Shown here piece after piece: positions 9,682 through 18,812 of a stretch of DNA of 64,000 nt. The position numbers and the translations under genes were made by a program. The DNA is from Candidatus Saccharimonadota bacterium. GTDB lineage: Bacteria > Patescibacteriota > Saccharimonadia > CAILAD01 > BJGX01. The number at the start of each line of letters is the position of its first letter. Position 1 is the stretch's first letter. The notes beneath the pieces were generated by a model. The model saw nothing but the letters and a program-made list of their open reading frames with translations, was not told the DNA's origin and made no database searches. The stretch spans positions 32,670 through 96,669 of the forward strand of contig JACPPH010000006.1 of assembly GCA_016191105.1 (NCBI GenBank), in the 5' to 3' direction.

Positions 9682-10743
9682 CTAGGCTTTATACCACTTG
9701 GCAGCGCTCTCGGGCGGCACCGTATTGATTATCATCCCCGTGGCTACTTCAAAGCCGCCCCAAATAATGCTACGGCCGGTTACTTTGAGCACAAACCGGT
9801 GATGCTCACTAATGCCCTCTTCCAGATAGAAGTTAAAGCTAATTAGGTGTGGGCAGAGTCGGCCCATGAGTTTTTTGAGAATCTCAGCAGTGGTGCGCAG
9901 GTCGTCTTGGCTAAACTGAGTAAAGCTGGTAACGGGCGTTTTTGGCATAATCCAGGCCTCGAACGGCCACTGACTGGCGTAAGGGCAGAAGGCTATAAAT
10001 TTGTCGTTCTCCCAGATTATGCGCTCGGCAGCATTTTGCTCGTAAGCGATTATGTCATTGAAAGGGTCGGAGTTCTTTTGGGTAAAATACTGTTCGATGG
10101 TTTGACTTTCAATCGTGAGCTTGGGTGGCATAACCGGAATAGCAAAAATCTGGCTGTGGGCGTGGGCCAGCGAGGCGCCGGCGCTATACCCGTCGTTATG
10201 AAAAACACTCACATACTCAATGGCTTTTTGGTTCTTGAGCACCCCAATCCGCTCCTGGAACACCTGCATAACCTTGGTAATCTGATTAACGCTTAAACTC
10301 GATAGCGGCCTATTACCCAATGGTGTGTCGATTACTATCTCTTGCATGCCGTAGGCTTGGGGGTTCATGGGGGTTAGAGCCGGAAACTTATTTTCGACTA
10401 CCCGCACTTGCCAGCTCCCGTGCTCGTCGTTGAGATCGAACACCTTCTTTTCTAGGTGGAGCTTAGGACTATTAGCGGTCTCGATTAGCTTATGTTCTTC
10501 TATCCTAGTGTCGAAGGGCCGTTTGCCACGATTGGGGGCAATAATAACATAGTATTCGTGCAAGTAGTCGCGACGAATCTCGGTAGCTATGCCGGCAGTA
10601 TCGAGCTTAATGCCGCTGTGCTGCGGATTGAGTTTTTGAGGGTTGGAATTCCCGTCATTCGGCCTATCAGAATTAACAGAAACAGCGCTCCGGTGGTGCA
10701 CTTGTCGAGCATGCTTGGCCCCAACAGCTGACTTATTATTCAT
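9682..10743 (-). CDS. GalT-family nucleotidyltransferase (galactose-1-phosphate uridylyltransferase-like, HIT superfamily)
   Basis: HxHxQ-type motif SLAHAHSQIF, with GalT-like N- and C-half architecture. The N-terminal extension is rich in basic and polar residues. Confidence 0.5.
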   Translation of the reverse strand: MNNKSAVGAKHARQVHHRSAVSVNSDRPNDGNSNPQKLNPQHSGIKLDTAGIATEIRRDYLHEYYVIIAPNRGKRPFDTRIEEHKLIETANSPKLHLEKKVFDLNDEHGSWQVRVVENKFPALTPMNPQAYGMQEIVIDTPLGNRPLSSLSVNQITKVMQVFQERIGVLKNQKAIEYVSVFHNDGYSAGASLAHAHSQIFAIPVMPPKLTIESQTIEQYFTQKNSDPFNDIIAYEQNAAERIIWENDKFIAFCPYASQWPFEAWIMPKTPVTSFTQFSQDDLRTTAEILKKLMGRLCPHLISFNFYLEEGISEHHRFVLKVTGRSIIWGGFEVATGMIINTVPPESAAKWYKA

Positions 10744-10794
10744 AGTTCTTATGGTAACAATTTTCTAGTCACTTTGAAAGCTAGCTAGCTCTGC

Positions 10795-12030
10795 TTAGAT
10801 CAGCTGAGCATAGATATGTTCGAGCTTCTTGGCTTGTTGGCTCATGGTGATCTTTTTGGCTTCGGTGTGGGCCTGTTCACCAAACTTAATAGCCAGCTCG
10901 GGGTTGTGTATGAGCTTGCCGATTTTATTTGCCAAATCATGCACCGTAGCTTTGGCCAGCAAACCAGTTTTGCCATCGATAGTTAATGGTGATATTTCTG
11001 GATCACAAAATACTATCGGTTTTTTGCTGTAGGCCGCTTCGTTTATAACCAGTCCCTGAGTGTCGGTAAGAGAAGGAAAGGCGAATACATTGGCAGCTCT
11101 AAAGCAGGCAAAGGTCTCGGCTCGACCGAGTGAGCCGGTGAAAGTGGTTAGCTGGTCGATGCCCAAGTCTTCGCTTAAGCTTTCGAGCTGGCCGTAGTAG
11201 GGGCCATCGCCCACAATCAACAATCTGGATTGCGGCATGGCCTTTACATTGTGGGCAAAAGCTCGCAACAGCAGCTGAATGTTCTTTTCTTCACCCAAGC
11301 GGCCAACAAACAATACCACCGGCGCATCTGTATCTATGCCATATTGCTGGCGCGGCTCGAAGCTGGTATGCAGGCGCGCCTCTTCGGGATCAATACCCGT
11401 AGGCAAGATGTCTATGGGCGAATTCACATGATAGCTCTTGAGCTGTTCGGCCATCTTGACCGACGGTGCAATTATCTGATCGCACATATCATAAAAACTG
11501 GTCAACCCTTCGCGCACCACTTTGCGATTCCAGTGGCGGATTGGGCGACCAGGCTTAAGCGCACTCAGGGTATCCGAGTAGAGGCCACGGCTTTTTATAA
11601 ACACCGGTGCCCAGAGTGCGGCAATGATTATTCCAGCCAACGCCCGTTTGTAAATTTTGATGTAACTTTCGATGTCGGTATGGTGGGTGATAACCGTTGG
11701 CAAATGATCCTCTCGAGCTATACGCAGTCCCAGGATGCCCATTTGGGCCGGGGTGTGAATGTGAACCAGGTCTAGGTTGTAAGACCGCACGCGTCGCACA
11801 ATTGCCGGGGTAAACGGCATGGTGTCACGATAGTCCTCGTACCAAATGCTCGGGAACGAGCGAAAGCGCACAATATTCCTGGTTTCACGCCGGTTTTTAC
11901 CGGGCGCACCAGGGCAAAATATAAACACCTCATGACCAAGTCGCCTTAGCTCCCGGGCAAACAGCTCAACCGACACGGCCACGCCATCGACTTGCGGGTA
12001 GTAGCGATCAGTAAAAAAGCCGATTCTCAC
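10795..12030 (-). CDS. Glycosyltransferase family 4 (GT-B fold)
   Basis: MRIGFFTDRYYPQVDGVAV is a typical GT4 N-terminus. The C-terminus carries an EX7E-like region. Confidence 0.85.
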   Translation of the reverse strand: MRIGFFTDRYYPQVDGVAVSVELFARELRRLGHEVFIFCPGAPGKNRRETRNIVRFRSFPSIWYEDYRDTMPFTPAIVRRVRSYNLDLVHIHTPAQMGILGLRIAREDHLPTVITHHTDIESYIKIYKRALAGIIIAALWAPVFIKSRGLYSDTLSALKPGRPIRHWNRKVVREGLTSFYDMCDQIIAPSVKMAEQLKSYHVNSPIDILPTGIDPEEARLHTSFEPRQQYGIDTDAPVVLFVGRLGEEKNIQLLLRAFAHNVKAMPQSRLLIVGDGPYYGQLESLSEDLGIDQLTTFTGSLGRAETFACFRAANVFAFPSLTDTQGLVINEAAYSKKPIVFCDPEISPLTIDGKTGLLAKATVHDLANKIGKLIHNPELAIKFGEQAHTEAKKITMSQQAKKLEHIYAQLI

Positions 12031-13193
12031 TTGGCTACTACTTTCTGAAAGATGTTTTCGTATTTGTTGAGCATGGCGGTGTTGGAATGGTTTTTAACCA
12101 CAATTTCGCGACTGGCTTTGCCAAACTTGTCGGCCCTGTCGGGGCTTTTTAAGATCTCGGTGATTTTTTCGGCCATCATGCCCGAGTTGTTCTCGGTAAA
12201 TAGGTAGCCGTTGGCATTATTATGGACAAGTTCGTGCAGAGCGGCAACATCGACCGACACCACTGGTAGCCCACTAGCCATAGCCTCGAGCGTAACTATG
12301 CTTTGTAGCTCGGCTGGCGAGCTAATGGCAAACAGATTGGCACTGTTATAGATAAGCGGCTTGTCGGCCTCGTCTATGTAACCTGTAAATGTAACCGAGC
12401 TCTGGATGTTCAGCTTTTGAGCTAAATTTTTGAGCCGGTCCATAGCTATGCCAGAACCACATATAACCAAGTGGGCTGTTGTGTTTTTTAACACATGCGG
12501 CATAGATTTTAGCAAAATGTCGAGTCGTTTTTCGCCGTCCACCCGGCCGACGTATAGCACAATCGGTTTGTCGCTAGGAATTTTGTACTTTTGCAGGGTT
12601 TTTACAGATTTGGTTCGGGGTTTAAAGATGTCGGTGTCAACACCATTGGTCACGGCTTCGGCTGGCGTTTTGAGACCATATTTTTTTAGAAAACTTAAAG
12701 CCGTTGGGGTTGGAGTAGTTACAAATGTGGCCTTATTGTGAAATCGCACCAGCCAATGCCAATAAAAGGTGTGGAGCCGGCCGTATAAAAACTTTATGCC
12801 TTTTAGGTTTAGCAAAAAGTTCTCAGGCATTAGGTGATTGGTGGCTACTACGGGAACATCATGACGCCGAGCATAGCGCATGCTAGTACGCCCCAGCATA
12901 AAGGGGTTGTGAATGTGCACGATATCGGCTTTAGCACTGTTAAATACCTGGCGAGTATGGGTGGCGGGCACAAAACTAGCCTTGTACTTGGGGTTAAAAA
13001 AGAAGGTTACAGCTCGCTCTCGGTGGATTAGCGACTTGCCATCGTGCTGCTCGTAGCTGCGAAACTTTCTACCAGGAGCCCACACCTGAACCTGGTGGCC
13101 TCGACCGATTAGGCCCTGAACCAATCGGCGCTCAAACAAGGCCCCGCCATCGGCATTGGGCCAATAACTTTCACTTACCAGTAAAATCTTCAT
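12027..13193 (-). CDS. Glycosyltransferase family 4
   Basis: MKILLVSESYWPNADGG N-terminus, taken from the internal ATG at 13193. 4-bp overlap with the downstream GT4 gene. Confidence 0.8.
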   Translation of the reverse strand: MKILLVSESYWPNADGGALFERRLVQGLIGRGHQVQVWAPGRKFRSYEQHDGKSLIHRERAVTFFFNPKYKASFVPATHTRQVFNSAKADIVHIHNPFMLGRTSMRYARRHDVPVVATNHLMPENFLLNLKGIKFLYGRLHTFYWHWLVRFHNKATFVTTPTPTALSFLKKYGLKTPAEAVTNGVDTDIFKPRTKSVKTLQKYKIPSDKPIVLYVGRVDGEKRLDILLKSMPHVLKNTTAHLVICGSGIAMDRLKNLAQKLNIQSSVTFTGYIDEADKPLIYNSANLFAISSPAELQSIVTLEAMASGLPVVSVDVAALHELVHNNANGYLFTENNSGMMAEKITEILKSPDRADKFGKASREIVVKNHSNTAMLNKYENIFQKVVAK

Positions 13194-13303
13194 GCTTTGG
13201 CTTCTATTATCCCGATTTTTGGCCGGTTTGGCCAGCCCCAATCTGTAAATACACCACAAAAAGCTTGTGTTTTCGAGGGTTTTGTAGTATAGTCTTACAT
13301 CTA

Positions 13304-13696
13304 GGGGCTGACTAGCTTCGACATTGAATCTTGAAATATACCTGCAGGCCGGGTTGGAATGCACGTTAGCCGTTCCGCCAAACCTTAAGTGGCAAAACAC
13401 TTATGAGCAAACTGGTAAACGCTTTGCGCGTTGACAGCTTTGCACCAGCTTACGCTTAACCCGTGTAAGCCGCTGATTGTTCGACATCAGATAGAACCTG
13501 ACGCGTCAACCATCTGATTGCTTTCCGGATAGCCCCTTCATATCTGGAATCAAGCCAAAGATAGGGGAAGCATGTGCTTGTTTTGTTGGTTTTCTTAGAT
13601 AGCACAGCCTTCTAAAACACATCAAAGCTAACTACGCTTGTAGACGGTATATTGAAAGCTCGATGGACGAGGGTGCGATTCCCTCCAGCTCCACCA
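13304..13696 (+). ncRNA. ssrA: Transfer-messenger RNA (tmRNA, ssrA)
   Basis: 5' GGGGCTG pairs with 3' CAGCTCC, including the G3-U wobble expected of an alanine acceptor stem. The 3' end GGACGAGGGTGCGATTCCCTCCAGCTCCACCA matches the T-arm plus CCA of tmRNA. The ~390-nt length fits. An internal reading frame ends ...GCT TAC GCT TAA. Confidence 0.8.
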
Positions 13697-15226
13697 ACAG
13701 GAACTTTCAGAATTTTTTGAGCCAGACGAAAGGACTGCCTCGCGGCTTCGCCGCTCGGCTAAGCCGCTTTGCGCAAGGCGCAAAGCGGCAGAATCCCACG
13801 GCTCGCCAAACGAAACGGAAACGGATTTGTCCAAAAGCATGGGGTTCGTTCCGATCTTTTGGACAAATACCTTGATTTCCCCGAAACTCTCGCTCTGCGA
13901 GAGTTTTTCGGCTTTATTCGCGTCTAAAATCCACGCTCGCAAGGGTTGGAGCCAATTCTTTCCCGTTCGTCCAAAATCCTCCAAATCGTTCGCAAGAGAA
14001 ACTTTTTGCTTCAAAAGTTCTTCTTTTTTGGCGAGATAGTTTTCTTTGGGAATGTCGCCGTCAATGTAGGCGGAAACGAGCTTGTCTAGTTTCTCTTGCG
14101 TATCAGAAAGTTTGGATTTGAGATTTTGGACGAAAGATTGCGATGAGTGGATATCTTCTCTTTGCCATTCGTCTACTTGCTTTAGCATTTTCTCTGTCCA
14201 CTCATCGCAAATAGCAACGCTTTTGAGCTGTGCCTTCAGTTGCGCGGCAAGATTGCTTTCTTGCACATATTTTTGTGAACACACGCCTTTCTTTTTAGTG
14301 CAACGATAGTAGCGATATATTCCGCCGCACTTGCCGCGCGAAAATTGCGCCGTGATCGCCGAGCCGCACTCTCCGCAAGTAAGCAGTCCGGTAAATGGAA
14401 AATCGTGGCGTTGTTTTGATTTGCGGGGTTTGGCACGGCGCAATAAGACATTCTGCACGGCTTCAAAAAGCGTTGCGGAAAGAATTGGCTCAAAGCGTCC
14501 CTCGTGATATTCGCCCTTATGCTTCACCAAACCTAAATATGCTTGATTGGTGAGCATTCGCGATATGGACGCTTTGGCAAGTGGCGTTCGGTGCCGAGTT
14601 TCCAAACCAAGTTCAGCCAAAAACTCCGCCATAGTTTCCAATGTATGCGTTCCTTTGGCGTATTCCTCAAACGCACGGACAATTACTTTGGATAATGTCG
14701 GGTGCGGTTCAATGGTGCGCGTTTTCGGATTATTCACATAACCAAAGGGCGCTTTGGTCAGCCACTCTCCGCGGCGGAGTTTTTGGCGGATACCGCGATT
14801 GATATTCTCCACGAGATTATCGCTGTAATATTTGGATTGACCGAACGCCACTTGCAACATGAACAATCCTTGCGGCGTGGGCTCAAACCAAAATGTCGGA
14901 AAGCGCAAAGAAACGATTTTTTGCGTGTCCACGAGATAAATCACTTTGCCGCCGTCCACAGAATTACGCGCCAACCTGTCGGGGTGCCATGCGAGTATTC
15001 CCACGCCGTCCATTTTTTCAATCTCGCTTATCATGGCGGCAAACATTTCTCGCCCCGGTTTCTTTGCGCTTTTCGCCTCTGTAAATTCTTGGAGAATTTC
15101 CACATTTTCTCTGCGCGCATATTCTCGTAGCTCAAAGAGTTGAGCTTCAATACTCATAATTTGGTGGTCGTCATCCTCCGTTGATTTCCGAGCGTAGAGA
15201 AAATATTTTGGTTTGAGCATATTCAT
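13628..15226 (-). CDS. Large serine recombinase (resolvase/invertase catalytic domain, recombinase domain, zinc ribbon and coiled coil)
   Basis: N-terminal YARKSTEDD...SIEAQ catalytic serine motif, a central recombinase domain and a zinc ribbon CGECG...C..C. 532 aa. The 3' end of the ORF runs through IR-A and overlaps the tmRNA 3' end. Confidence 0.9.
   Translation of the reverse strand: MNMLKPKYFLYARKSTEDDDHQIMSIEAQLFELREYARRENVEILQEFTEAKSAKKPGREMFAAMISEIEKMDGVGILAWHPDRLARNSVDGGKVIYLVDTQKIVSLRFPTFWFEPTPQGLFMLQVAFGQSKYYSDNLVENINRGIRQKLRRGEWLTKAPFGYVNNPKTRTIEPHPTLSKVIVRAFEEYAKGTHTLETMAEFLAELGLETRHRTPLAKASISRMLTNQAYLGLVKHKGEYHEGRFEPILSATLFEAVQNVLLRRAKPRKSKQRHDFPFTGLLTCGECGSAITAQFSRGKCGGIYRYYRCTKKKGVCSQKYVQESNLAAQLKAQLKSVAICDEWTEKMLKQVDEWQREDIHSSQSFVQNLKSKLSDTQEKLDKLVSAYIDGDIPKENYLAKKEELLKQKVSLANDLEDFGRTGKNWLQPLRAWILDANKAEKLSQSESFGEIKVFVQKIGTNPMLLDKSVSVSFGEPWDSAALRLAQSGLAERRSREAVLSSGSKNSESSCWWSWRESHPRPSSFQYTVYKRS
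13691..13822. repeat. IR-A left copy (132 bp, GC-rich). It begins with the terminal CCACCA of the tmRNA.
   Basis: It is the reverse complement of 15254-15385 with 1 mismatch in 132 bp. It contains an internal perfect palindrome gccgctttgcgc..gcgcaaagcggc. Confidence 0.9.
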
Positions 15227-15253
15227 ATTTGAATTATTTTAGACGCGAATAAA

Positions 15254-15385
15254 GGTTTCCGTTTCGTTTGGCGAGCCGTGGGATTTTGCCGCTTTGCGCC
15301 TTGCGCAAAGCGGCTTAGCCGAGCGGCGAAGCCGCGAGGCAGTCCTTTCGTCTGGCTCAAAAAATTCTGAAAGTTCCTGTTGGTG
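15254..15385. repeat. IR-A right copy (inverted relative to 13691-13822)
   Basis: 131 of 132 bp identical to the reverse complement. Confidence 0.9.
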
Positions 15386-15386
15386 G

Positions 15387-15520
15387 GATATTCTAAACTT
15401 TGCGCGAAACTATTTTGAAGGGAACTAGCCCGCCTCCGCTTCGCTCCGGCGGAACGCTCGGGCGCGGCGGAATTCCCCCCACACCCCCCTTCCGCCGCGC
15501 CCTCGCTTTGAAAGCCGCCG
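15387..15520. repeat. IR-B left copy (~134 bp, GC-rich). It starts 1 nt after IR-A right.
   Basis: It is the reverse complement of ~18625-18760. Confidence 0.85.
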
Positions 15521-15681
15521 CGCAGAAAATTCAGAAAAGAAAAGTGGTGTCGTGTTTGCCCCGCCCACCCATGCGCACACGACATCAATTTTGCTCCCCG
15601 AAACTACTGTAGCATAATTGGTCGCCATAGACTAATTGTATAACATCTGCTAAAATTCTTGCAAGAGCGATAATTTCCTTT

Positions 15682-15885
15682 ATGGCGAACGAAATTACAA
15701 AATTCGGTAAAAAGGTCAAAGAAATACGCTTGAAAAAGCGAATGTCGCAAGGCGACATCGCAAGAATTTTGGGCGTTCATAGGAGCTATATCAGTGGCCT
15801 AGAGCGCGGTATTCGCAACCCATCTCTTTTAACGGTTCAAAAAGTGGCTAAAGCGCTAAAAGTGAACGCAAAAGATTTAATATAA
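15682..15885 (+). CDS. XRE-family helix-turn-helix transcriptional regulator
   Basis: MSQGDIARILGVHRSYISGLERGIRNPSLLTVQKVAKAL is a classic HTH_XRE sequence. Confidence 0.85.
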   Translation: MANEITKFGKKVKEIRLKKRMSQGDIARILGVHRSYISGLERGIRNPSLLTVQKVAKALKVNAKDLI

Positions 15886-15902
15886 AGCTTTACCCTCGGC
15901 AT

Positions 15903-16679
15903 ATGAAAACGAAACTGAAGAAACTGAAGATCGGAATATGGACGTTTATTGTTGTGGCGCTTTTAGTTGCGGCAAAATTTCTGATTCACGCCTGGGGGCT
16001 CGAATACTTCTCGCTTAACGCCCTCTTTACGAGCGCGATCGCGGGAGCGATCTTCATCATGGGTTTCCTGCTTGCTGGAATTATGGCCGATTATAAGGAG
16101 GCGGAAAAAATTCCGGTGGAGCTTCGTTCGTCTCTTGAGAATATTTGGGAGGAGGGAAAGTTCTTCAGCCGTGATAAAAGAGAGTTCAATCTCTCAAAAC
16201 TTAATGACACCTTACTCTCAATAGTCCGGAATTTCTTTAAAGGCCTCGGGCACGAGGGCGACCACTACCGGCTCGATCCGTGCGTTGCGTCAGTCAACGA
16301 GCTTTCGGAGTCGTTTGGACAAATGGAAAAGCTTGGCATGCCACCCAACTATATCGTCCGGCTCGAGGGCGAGCAGGCCTCGGTACGCCGCCAGGTGCTG
16401 CGTGTCTATCATATCCAACGCACGCAATTCCTGCCTTCGGCACACATACTTGCAGAATCCCTCGCGCTCGGAATGGTGTTCCTGCTCCTCTTTGTCAAAA
16501 CGGAAGGATCGCCGGAGTCTATCGTGCTATTCGGATTCATATCGTATCTGTTCCTCTACGTCCGGCAACTCATTCGCGTTCTTGAGAAGCCGTTCAGGCA
16601 GGGCGATAATACGCTCGACGACGTGAGCCTATTTCTCTTGAAAAAGTTTGAGAAGGAATTGTCAGGACATACGGCATGA
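15903..16679 (+). CDS. Integral membrane protein, hypothetical
   Basis: Two N-terminal and two C-terminal hydrophobic helices. 258 aa. Confidence 0.45.
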   Translation: MKTKLKKLKIGIWTFIVVALLVAAKFLIHAWGLEYFSLNALFTSAIAGAIFIMGFLLAGIMADYKEAEKIPVELRSSLENIWEEGKFFSRDKREFNLSKLNDTLLSIVRNFFKGLGHEGDHYRLDPCVASVNELSESFGQMEKLGMPPNYIVRLEGEQASVRRQVLRVYHIQRTQFLPSAHILAESLALGMVFLLLFVKTEGSPESIVLFGFISYLFLYVRQLIRVLEKPFRQGDNTLDDVSLFLLKKFEKELSGHTA

Positions 16680-16698
16680 TTTGCGAGTTGTGCGTTTT

Positions 16699-18579
16699 AT
16701 GAAAATTGCAAACGACCAAAAGAAAAGTAATCACCTGGAATGGATACTGACGGCGATTGCCGCCGGCACCTTCGTCGCGGGAATTTTTTTCAGTGTAATC
16801 AAATTGCCTCTGGCAGACTGGTTTTATTATATATCCTTGCTAGCTGGTGGGTTGCCAGTGGCAAGAGCGGCGACACGAACTCTCCTCCGGCGGAAAATAT
16901 CAATTAATGTACTGGTAACCATCGCAGCTATCGGAGCGCTGTATCTTGGACAAATCGCCGAGGCGGCGGCAGTGATGTTTTTCTTTGCTTTGGCGGAATC
17001 ATTTGAAAAATTTGGCAAAGCGCGTTCGCAAAAAGCTATAGCCGCACTGCTGGAGAGATCGCCGAAACTCGCCCGCCTGCAGGATGGCCGAGAAGTCGCG
17101 GTCGAAAAGGTTGGCGTCGGCGAAACCATAAAAATTCTGCCCGGCGACCTTATCCCTCTGGACGGGATAGTCAGCGGAGGCGACTCCGCAGTCGATGAAG
17201 CGGCTATTACCGGTGAAAGCGTCCCGAAGGAAAAGTATGCGGGACAAACGGTATTTGCCGGCACTATGAACGAAAACGGCTATCTGGAAGTCAGAGTTAC
17301 GAAAACCGCTTCCAATACCACACTTTCTAAAATAATTGTGCTTATCCAGCAGGCGCAAAAGTCCAAGCCTGAAATGCAGGAATTTCTGGACAGGTTTGCC
17401 AGCTTCTATATTCCAGCCGCTCTAGCTCTCGCGGCGCTTGTGGTTATTGTGCCGACCGTGTTTTTCGGACAGCCGTTTAGTCCCTGGCTTACCACGGCCC
17501 TGATTTTACTGGTTTTAGCCTGCCCGGATGCGCTGGTGGTGTCGGCTCCTGTGGCAGTGGCTGCCGCCATGGGCGGAGCTTCGCGCAGAGGAGTATTAAT
17601 AAAGGGCGGCAAATTTCTAGAGTCTTTAAGCAAGGTTAAAGCGTTTGCATTTGATAAGACCAAGACGCTTACTGAAGGGAGTTTGAAAGTGGCCGAAGTC
17701 ATAACTATGCATGGAGCAAGTGAGGAAGAAGTTTTGTCTGATGCCGCAGGACTAGAAAAATTCTCATCTCATCCATTGGCGGCTACCATTCAAAAATATG
17801 CTGCCGACAAGGGCGTCTCCGTTCATGATATGGAAGATTTCAAAAACATTCCCGGACGTGGAGGCTTGGCTAATTGCATGGTTTGTCCAACAAAAGATCA
17901 TGCCATTGGTAATTTGCAACATATCGGCGCAAGTATCAAGGTATGCAAGGATGTTTTGAAGGAAGTTGAGAGAATGGAATCGCTTGGCATGACAACGGTC
18001 ATTGTCAGCGAAGGCCCCAAAGTGATAGGGATCATAGGCATCACTGACCGCCTGCGCCAAGAATCTAAAAACGTTATCACCTCGCTTAATTCGCTTGGAG
18101 TCACACCGGTTATGCTTACGGGCGATAATGAACGGGCCGCCCGTCATATAGCGGAGCAAATAGGAATTAACGAAGTTCATGCGGCCTTGCTTCCTGATCA
18201 AAAAGCCGAACTGGTGAGAGTATTGCAGCAAAGGTATGGAAAAGTCGCCATGGTGGGAGACGGCGTAAATGATGCGCCATCTTTGGCGCGGGCTGATGTA
18301 GGCATAGCGATGGGCGGAGGCGGGTCGGATGTTGCAATCGAGACAGCTGATGTCACTTTGATGAACGATGCCCTAGGCACTATTCCTTACCTGCTTAGAT
18401 TAGGACGCCAAACCTTCAGCGCAGTGAAGCAGAATGTATATGGCTCGCTTGCAGTAAAGGGTGTGATCCTTCTGCTCGGCTTATTTGGTCTGGTGCGGCT
18501 TGATGTGGCTGTGGCAGTTGATGCGGGCGCAGCCATAGTGGTTATATTGAATGGCCTACGATTGTTTAATGCGAAGTAA
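16699..18579 (+). CDS. P1B-type (heavy-metal) P-type ATPase without an N-terminal HMA domain, with variant motifs
   Basis: TGES, CPD (where CPC is usual), DKTKTLTEG (where DKTGT is usual), GDGVNDAPSL, and a transmembrane core like CadA/ZntA. I chose the internal ATG at 16699. Confidence 0.8.
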   Translation: MKIANDQKKSNHLEWILTAIAAGTFVAGIFFSVIKLPLADWFYYISLLAGGLPVARAATRTLLRRKISINVLVTIAAIGALYLGQIAEAAAVMFFFALAESFEKFGKARSQKAIAALLERSPKLARLQDGREVAVEKVGVGETIKILPGDLIPLDGIVSGGDSAVDEAAITGESVPKEKYAGQTVFAGTMNENGYLEVRVTKTASNTTLSKIIVLIQQAQKSKPEMQEFLDRFASFYIPAALALAALVVIVPTVFFGQPFSPWLTTALILLVLACPDALVVSAPVAVAAAMGGASRRGVLIKGGKFLESLSKVKAFAFDKTKTLTEGSLKVAEVITMHGASEEEVLSDAAGLEKFSSHPLAATIQKYAADKGVSVHDMEDFKNIPGRGGLANCMVCPTKDHAIGNLQHIGASIKVCKDVLKEVERMESLGMTTVIVSEGPKVIGIIGITDRLRQESKNVITSLNSLGVTPVMLTGDNERAARHIAEQIGINEVHAALLPDQKAELVRVLQQRYGKVAMVGDGVNDAPSLARADVGIAMGGGGSDVAIETADVTLMNDALGTIPYLLRLGRQTFSAVKQNVYGSLAVKGVILLLGLFGLVRLDVAVAVDAGAAIVVILNGLRLFNAK

Positions 18580-18624
18580 ATACCAAAATGAATTTGCGGC
18601 GTGCCAGCTTCGCTGGCCTGAATG

Positions 18625-18760
18625 GCGGCGGCTTTCAAAGCGAGGGCGCGGCGGAAGGGGGGTGTGGGGGGAATTCCGCCGCGCCCGAGCGTTCCGCCGG
18701 AGCGAAGCGGAGGCGGGCTAGTTCCCTTCAAAATAGTTTCGCGCAAAGTTTAGAATATAC
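18625..18760. repeat. IR-B right copy (inverted)
   Basis: Reverse complement of 15387-15520. Confidence 0.85.
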
Positions 18761-18812
18761 CCCTCCGGAGCTTCGCAGATATTGCTTGCAAAGCCCAAAA
18801 GGGGGGCGGTGG

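Larger units (their letters stand above)
13691..18760. mobile_element. Serine-recombinase element: [IR-A][recombinase][IR-A'][IR-B][XRE, membrane protein, P-type ATPase][IR-B'], sitting at the tmRNA 3' end
   Basis: Two abutting inverted-repeat pairs and the recombinase. The left boundary coincides with the tmRNA CCA end. GC-rich repeats sit in a ~48% GC context. Confidence 0.6.

Noticed and set aside
16280-16626. Two 100-113-aa plus-strand ORFs in alternative frames within the membrane-protein gene
   Set aside because: They are nested inside a longer, better-supported coding frame, and their translations are Arg/Ser-rich.
13663-18746. ORFs 13663-13875, 15223-15588, 15400-15612 and 18387-18746, whose proteins share identical segments
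   Set aside because: They lie wholly within the IR-A and IR-B repeat copies. The shared peptides are just the repeats translated. They are not called as genes.
18761-18782. Possible degenerate attR (acccctccggagcttcgca versus the tmRNA end ccctccagctccacca) just outside IR-B'
   Set aside because: The similarity needs a 2-nt gap and several mismatches. It is too weak to call without comparison to an empty site.
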